The notes under the pieces: model-generated
Databases searched by the model: none
Seen by the model: the letters and a program-made list of their open reading frames with translations, nothing else
Told to the model about the DNA's origin: nothing
Shown: piece after piece, positions 59,755 to 64,000 of the stretch
Position numbering within the stretch: position 1 is the stretch's first letter
Layout of the letters: each line of letters starts with the position of its first letter
Program-made: the position numbers and the translations under genes
Assembly: GCA_963699125.1 (NCBI GenBank)
Contig: OY969417.1
Location: 1,205,795 to 1,269,794, forward strand
Length of the DNA stretch: 64,000 nt
Reading direction: 5' to 3'
From: an uncultured Actinomycetes bacterium
GTDB taxonomy: Bacteria > Actinomycetota > Thermoleophilia > Solirubrobacterales > 70-9

Positions 59755-60709
59755 CGGCCTGCCTCTCCAGCAGCTCCCCCGCGGCGCTGGCGGGATCGAG
59801 CTTGCGCCGCACGACCCGCTCCAGCAGCTCCGCCGTGGCCGGGTCATCGGCAACGGTCGCCTCGAGCCGCCGGCGCATCCGTGAGGTGGCGATGCCAAGC
59901 ACCTCGCTGCGCAGGTTGCGGGCGCGGCGCTCGGCCAGCGTCCCCGCCGCCTCGATGAAGGCGCGGTGCTCGTCGATCTTCACCGCCAGCTCCTCGACGC
60001 CCTCGCCGCGGGCCGCCTCGGTGCGCAGGATCGGCACCTTCCAGCCCTCCGGGTCGTGGGAGAGCGCCAGCACGCTGCGCACCTCGCGCACCATCGTGTC
60101 GGTCATCGGGTGGTCGGCCTTGTTGACGACGATCACGTCGGGGATCTCCATTACCCCCGCCTTCAGCGCCTGGATCGAGTCGCCCGAGCCGGGCATCAGC
60201 GCCAGCACGATCGTGTCGGCGTGGTCGACGATGTCGATCTCCGCCTGGCCGACGCCGACGGTCTCGATCAGGACGTCGTCCTTGCCGGCGGCGTCCATCA
60301 CCAGGGCCACCTGCAGCGCCGCCTCGGAGAGACCGCCCAGCGCCCCCCGCGAGGCCATCGAGCGGATGAAAACGCCGGGATCGAGGAAGTGGTCGGAGAG
60401 GCGGATGCGGTCGCCCAGCAGGGCGCCCCGGGTGAACGGGCTCGAAGGGTCGATCGAGAGCACCGCGATCTCGCGCTCGGCCTTGCGCAGCTCCGTCGTC
60501 AGCGCCCCGATCAGGGTGCTCTTGCCGACCCCCGGCGGGCCGGTGAAGCCGACGATCCGCGCCTTGCCGGTGCGCGGGTAGACCTCGCGGACGAGGTCCC
60601 AGCCGGCCGGGTCGTCGGACTCGATCAGCGTGATCGCCCGCGCCAGCGCCCGCTTGTCGCCGGCGACGAGGCGCTCGGCGAGAGAGGCGGATTTGGCGGC
60701 GTCGGGCAC
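59747..60709 (-). CDS. meaB: methylmalonyl-CoA mutase-associated GTPase MeaB (ArgK)
   Basis: P-loop GFTGPPGVGKSTLI, then ETVGVGQ and VVNKADH. Confidence 0.92.
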   Translation of the reverse strand: MPDAAKSASLAERLVAGDKRALARAITLIESDDPAGWDLVREVYPRTGKARIVGFTGPPGVGKSTLIGALTTELRKAEREIAVLSIDPSSPFTRGALLGDRIRLSDHFLDPGVFIRSMASRGALGGLSEAALQVALVMDAAGKDDVLIETVGVGQAEIDIVDHADTIVLALMPGSGDSIQALKAGVMEIPDVIVVNKADHPMTDTMVREVRSVLALSHDPEGWKVPILRTEAARGEGVEELAVKIDEHRAFIEAAGTLAERRARNLRSEVLGIATSRMRRRLEATVADDPATAELLERVVRRKLDPASAAGELLERQADG

Positions 60710-60725
60710 AGCCGCGCCAGTCTAC

Positions 60726-60887
60726 GAGTCTGGGCGGCAATCCCGCGTGCGCGACTGGCGAGCGCCGGACCAAGCGGGGCAAGGACGCAGGGAGGTCGAA
60801 TAGCAGCGCTATTCGACCGACTGAGGACACCGCCCCGCGCAGCGTCCGCCGCCGCCAGGTGTGTGCGGGGGATTGCCGCCCAGACTC
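60726..60887. repeat. 162-bp palindromic element with central GAATAGC hairpin
   Basis: The arms GAGTCTGGGCGGCAATCCC 60726-60744 and 60869-60887 form a perfect 19-bp inverted repeat. The inner hairpin pairs GGTCGAATAG with CTATTCGACC across loop CAGCG (60794-60818). Confidence 0.85.
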
Positions 60888-60930
60888 TAAAGTCCCGGCC
60901 GCCGTGATCCGCTTCCTCGCCCGCAACGGG

Positions 60931-61551
60931 ATGCTCAACCACCGCTACGCGCAGCTACTGTGGCGCTACCTGCGGCGCCGGCTGCTGACTCGCGCCGGCT
61001 GGCGCTGGCGCACCGACGGGCTGCTCTTCCTCGGCCGCCGGCTCGAACTGCAGATCGCCCGCGGCGCCGAGGTCCGCTTCGGCCGCTTCGTCTGGGTCGG
61101 CGACGGCACCAAGATCCGCTGCCACGAGGGCGAGGTCGAGATCGGCGAAAAGACCGTGATGGGCCAGGAATGCACGATCTCGGCCTACCGCCGGGTGCGG
61201 ATCGGCGAGCAGTGCGTGATCGCCGACCGGGCGATGTTCATCGACTTCGACCACGGCGTCGTCGAGGTCGAGCGCCCGATCCGCGTGCAGGGGATCTACA
61301 TGCGCGACGTCGAGGTCGGCTCCAACGTCTGGATCGGCTACGGGGCCTGCATTCTGCGCGGCGTCCGCGTCGGCGACAACTCGATCGTCGGCACCAACTC
61401 GGTGGTGACCAAGGACGTCCCCGCCAACGCCGTCGTCGCCGGTATCCCCGCCCGCATCATCCGCATGCGCGAGGCCCCCGAGGAGCTGCGCTGGCCCAAC
61501 CCGGTCGAGCCCGATCCCGCAGCCGAGACCACGCTGCCTCTCCCTGACTAG
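60931..61551 (+). CDS. hexapeptide-repeat (LbH) acetyltransferase
   Basis: VWIGYGACILRGVRVGDNSIVGTNSVVTKDVPANAVVAGIPARIIR. The start is set at ATG 60931, downstream of the repeat arm. Confidence 0.82.
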   Translation: MLNHRYAQLLWRYLRRRLLTRAGWRWRTDGLLFLGRRLELQIARGAEVRFGRFVWVGDGTKIRCHEGEVEIGEKTVMGQECTISAYRRVRIGEQCVIADRAMFIDFDHGVVEVERPIRVQGIYMRDVEVGSNVWIGYGACILRGVRVGDNSIVGTNSVVTKDVPANAVVAGIPARIIRMREAPEELRWPNPVEPDPAAETTLPLPD

Positions 61552-61666
61552 GGTAAATGTCGGCTGCGCGGTCTCGCGAAGGCTCGGTGTCCGGCGCTCG
61601 CCAGTCGCATACGCGAGTTTCGCCAGTCCTCCTGGGGTCAAAGTCGGCTACGCGCCCCGACGCGCC
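61551..61666. repeat. ATGTCGGATGCGCG-family element (copy 3), two direct units
   Basis: GGGTAAATGTCGGCTGCGCGGTCTCGCGAAGGCTCGGTGTCC (61551-61592) and GGGGTCAAAGTCGGCTACGCGCCCCGACGCGCC (61634-61666) match the units at 49652-49735. Confidence 0.8.
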
Positions 61667-61745
61667 GGATATAACGCTTACCGGCCCCGCGCACCCGAGT
61701 TTCGCCATTCCTTTCCTAGGAGAGACTGGCAAAACCAGTCCCCCT

Positions 61746-62132
61746 CTACGCTGCTTCGAGGTCGGTCTTGGCGAAGTCGTCGCCGGTGAACAGCAGGGGC
61801 GCGTCGGCGATCTTCGCGGCGGCGTAGGTCATGCAGTCGCCGTAGTTGAGCTTGGCGGGATGACGCCCCTTGCCGTAGCGGATGAAGGCATCGGCGGCCG
61901 CGCGCCAGTGCCGGTTGTCGAAGGGGATGACCACGACATTCCAGCGCTCGAGGAACTGCGAGACAAGCGCCCTCCCGCGAAGATCGAATACGCCGATCGC
62001 GACCATTCCGGTCTCGAACAGGGTCGGGGCGCCGATCGCGAGGACATCCGCGCCTTCGATCGCGTCGACGACACGGCCGTGGCCCTCCTCCTCGAAGAGC
62101 ACGGCGAGGATTGGGGAGCTGTCAAGGATCAA
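61746..62132 (-). CDS. vapC: PIN-domain ribonuclease toxin VapC
   Basis: MILDSSPILAVL (first acidic residue), FETGMV, and NYGDCMTYAAA. It overlaps the upstream antitoxin gene by 4 nt. Confidence 0.88.
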   Translation of the reverse strand: MILDSSPILAVLFEEEGHGRVVDAIEGADVLAIGAPTLFETGMVAIGVFDLRGRALVSQFLERWNVVVIPFDNRHWRAAADAFIRYGKGRHPAKLNYGDCMTYAAAKIADAPLLFTGDDFAKTDLEAA

Positions 62133-62407
62133 TGGCCCTCCGGTCCGATCCCAAGGATCCCCTCGATTTCATCTTTCGTCATCGGGGGCCGATCAAGCAG
62201 GTGGTCGGGGATCTGTGGCCAGATCTCGGTTTCGAGCCACTGTCGCATGCCGCGGTAGGGCTTCTCCCCGCTGGGCGACTGGAGGCGCAGGCGGTCCCGC
62301 CGCTCGCGCAGCGCCTCCCGCACCGCCCCGGTCTTGCTCTCACCGGTCAGGCTCGCGACCTCAGCCGCCAATTCCTCGGTCTCCTTGTTCTTGATGTTCA
62401 GCGCCAT
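62129..62407 (-). CDS. vapB: VapB-type antitoxin
   Basis: MALNIKNKETEELAAEVASLTGESKTGAVREALRERR from ATG 62407. The track start 62497 adds 30 unsupported residues. Confidence 0.8.
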   Translation of the reverse strand: MALNIKNKETEELAAEVASLTGESKTGAVREALRERRDRLRLQSPSGEKPYRGMRQWLETEIWPQIPDHLLDRPPMTKDEIEGILGIGPEGH

Positions 62408-62544
62408 GGTGGAATGGTGCCATTTTAGGCGCCTTACACCATCGACTTCCAACTGCAAGAATCCTATCAGAAATGCAGACAGCTGTCCGACGGACAAGTC
62501 GTTGTATGCGCCAGCCTGCCCGCGTGCCTCGGGCGCACAGAAAG

Positions 62545-62841
62545 ATGCGGTCGGAAGAGGTCGCGACCCGGTTCGGTCAGAACCTGGTCCGCTGCCGCCG
62601 GCGCGCCAACCTCTCCCAGGAGGAGCTCGGCTCCCGCGCCTCGCTGCACCGCACCGAGATCGGCCTGCTCGAGCACGGCCTGCGGGTCGCCCGGATCGAC
62701 ACCCTGGTCAAGCTGGCGGGCGCGATGGCGATCCCTCCCAGCGACCTGATCGAGGGGATCCACTGGACGCCGGCCGAGTCGAGCAACGGCCAGTTCAGCT
62801 TCACAGAGAGACCGGCCGCGCCCCGGCGGCGCCCCGGCTAG
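62545..62841 (+). CDS. XRE family helix-turn-helix protein
   Basis: FGQNLVRCRRRANLSQEELGSRASLHRTEIGLLEHGLRVARIDTLVKLAGAM. The start is uncertain; 62473, 62506 and 62545 are all possible. Confidence 0.7.
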   Translation: MRSEEVATRFGQNLVRCRRRANLSQEELGSRASLHRTEIGLLEHGLRVARIDTLVKLAGAMAIPPSDLIEGIHWTPAESSNGQFSFTERPAAPRRRPG

Positions 62842-64000
62842 GCCGGGCTGGCCTCGCCGACGAGGTCGGCGTAGACCGCGGCGGTCTGCTCGGCGACGTC
62901 GCCCCAGTCGAAGCGGCGGACGTGCTCGTAGGCTTCGGCGACGAGGCGGCGGCCCAGCTCGTCGTCGGAGAGGACGCGGATCGCGACCTCGGCCAGGGCC
63001 TCGGGGTCGTGGGCGCGGAACCGCAGGCCGGCCTCCTCGTGGGGGACGACCTCGCGCAGGCCGCCGGTGTCGGCGACGATGCAGGGACAGCCCGAGGCCA
63101 TCGCCTCCAGCGCCACCAACCCGAACGGCTCGTAGATCGAGGGGACCACGGTGAGGTCGGCGATCCGGTAGAGGGAGTGGAGGACGTCGTCGCCGATCCA
63201 GCCCAGGAATGTGCCGTGGTCCATCAGGCCCAACTCCTCGGCCTGGCGATGCAGTTCGGCCTCGTGGGTACCTGAGCCGGCGACCAGGAAGCGGGTGTCA
63301 GGGGCCTTGTCCAGGACCCGCGGCATTGCCTCCAGCGCCAACTGGAAGCCCTTCTCGTAAACCAGGCGCCCGATCAGCAGCACCAGCTTCTGCTCTGGCG
63401 CGGCGAACTCCGATCGCAGCCGCACCAACTCGGCCGGGTCCTGGGCCTGCAGGTCGTCGGGGTCGATCCCGTTGGGGATCACGCTGATCCGCTTCTCCTC
63501 GACCCCGAAGATGTCGGCGATCTGCTCGCGCATGTAGTGGGAGCAGGCAATCACCCGCTGCGAGCGGTTGGTGATCCAGCGCTCGACCCCGTGGATGTAG
63601 GTCTGCGGGTGCTTGTCGACCCAGCCCTGGTGGCGACCGTACTCGGTGGCGTGGATCGTCGTCACCAGCGGCGCCTCGAAGCGCTTGGCGAGGTGGTCGC
63701 AGGCGTTGGCGACGAGCCAGTCGTGTCCGTGGACGAGGTCGAACTCGTAGCGGTCCCCCAGCTCGACCCCTGCGGCGAGCATGTCGGAGTTCATCCGCTC
63801 GACCCAGGTCACGAACTCGCCGAGGTCGGTCGGCCGCTTCGGCTCGCGGATGCGGTGGACGACGACCCCGTTGGCGCGCTCCCGCGCCGGCGACTCCTCG
63901 CCGCCGCGGGTCAGCACGTGGACCTCAACCTCGCGCTCGACCAGAGCCTCGGAGAGCTTGCGGACGTGGCGGGCGAGCCCCCCCTCGATCAGCGGTGGGT
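62838..64000 (-). CDS. group 1 (GT4) glycosyltransferase, 5' end outside window
   Basis: The frame stays open to base 64000 (..PPLIEGGLARHVRKLSEALVEREVEVHVLTRGG). Later motifs are EKGFQLALEAM and PSIYEPFGLVALEAMASG (EX7E). Confidence 0.88.
   Translation of the reverse strand, partial: PPLIEGGLARHVRKLSEALVEREVEVHVLTRGGEESPARERANGVVVHRIREPKRPTDLGEFVTWVERMNSDMLAAGVELGDRYEFDLVHGHDWLVANACDHLAKRFEAPLVTTIHATEYGRHQGWVDKHPQTYIHGVERWITNRSQRVIACSHYMREQIADIFGVEEKRISVIPNGIDPDDLQAQDPAELVRLRSEFAAPEQKLVLLIGRLVYEKGFQLALEAMPRVLDKAPDTRFLVAGSGTHEAELHRQAEELGLMDHGTFLGWIGDDVLHSLYRIADLTVVPSIYEPFGLVALEAMASGCPCIVADTGGLREVVPHEEAGLRFRAHDPEALAEVAIRVLSDDELGRRLVAEAYEHVRRFDWGDVAEQTAAVYADLVGEASPA

Overview
Very GC-rich bacterial chromosomal segment (roughly 70% GC by eye) with an Actinobacteria-like gene order. 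A deep-branching high-GC actinobacterium is only a guess and cannot be confirmed without a search. I call about 66 protein genes. I saw no rRNA, tRNA, CRISPR array, transposase or phage genes. Most of the window is conserved housekeeping synteny on the minus strand: comF-(hpf, inverted)-secA-...-prfB; rpmE-DUF1385-prfA-prmC-tsaC...glyA...wecA-atpI-atpBEFHAGDC. Three further blocks are present. (1) Envelope glycan genes: two NDP-sugar pyrophosphorylases, PGI/PMI, ugd, LCP, a PglC-like transferase, DUF354 and an AsnB-like gene. (2) A glycolipid-type operon: DMT-like membrane protein, DegT aminotransferase, an epimerase-MGDG-synthase fusion and a deacetylase. (3) An acyl-CoA catabolic block: ETF-QO, etfBA, split methylmalonyl-CoA mutase, thiolase, ALDH, ACAD and meaB. 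Small accessory patches include an XRE+nucleotidyltransferase pair, vapBC, a low-GC islet with two coupled mini membrane proteins, and a divergent lysyl-oxidase-like exported protein. The main structure that the genes do not explain is in the intergenic DNA. Nearly every sizeable spacer holds long palindromic repeat elements from at least four sequence families. Several copies show conserved cores with compensatory (covarying) stem changes, and many abut or overlap stop codons. No classical novel multi-gene system, such as a defence island, is evident. The repeat families are the best candidate for something undescribed. Many long ORFs in the six-frame track are GC-driven antisense artefacts and are rejected.
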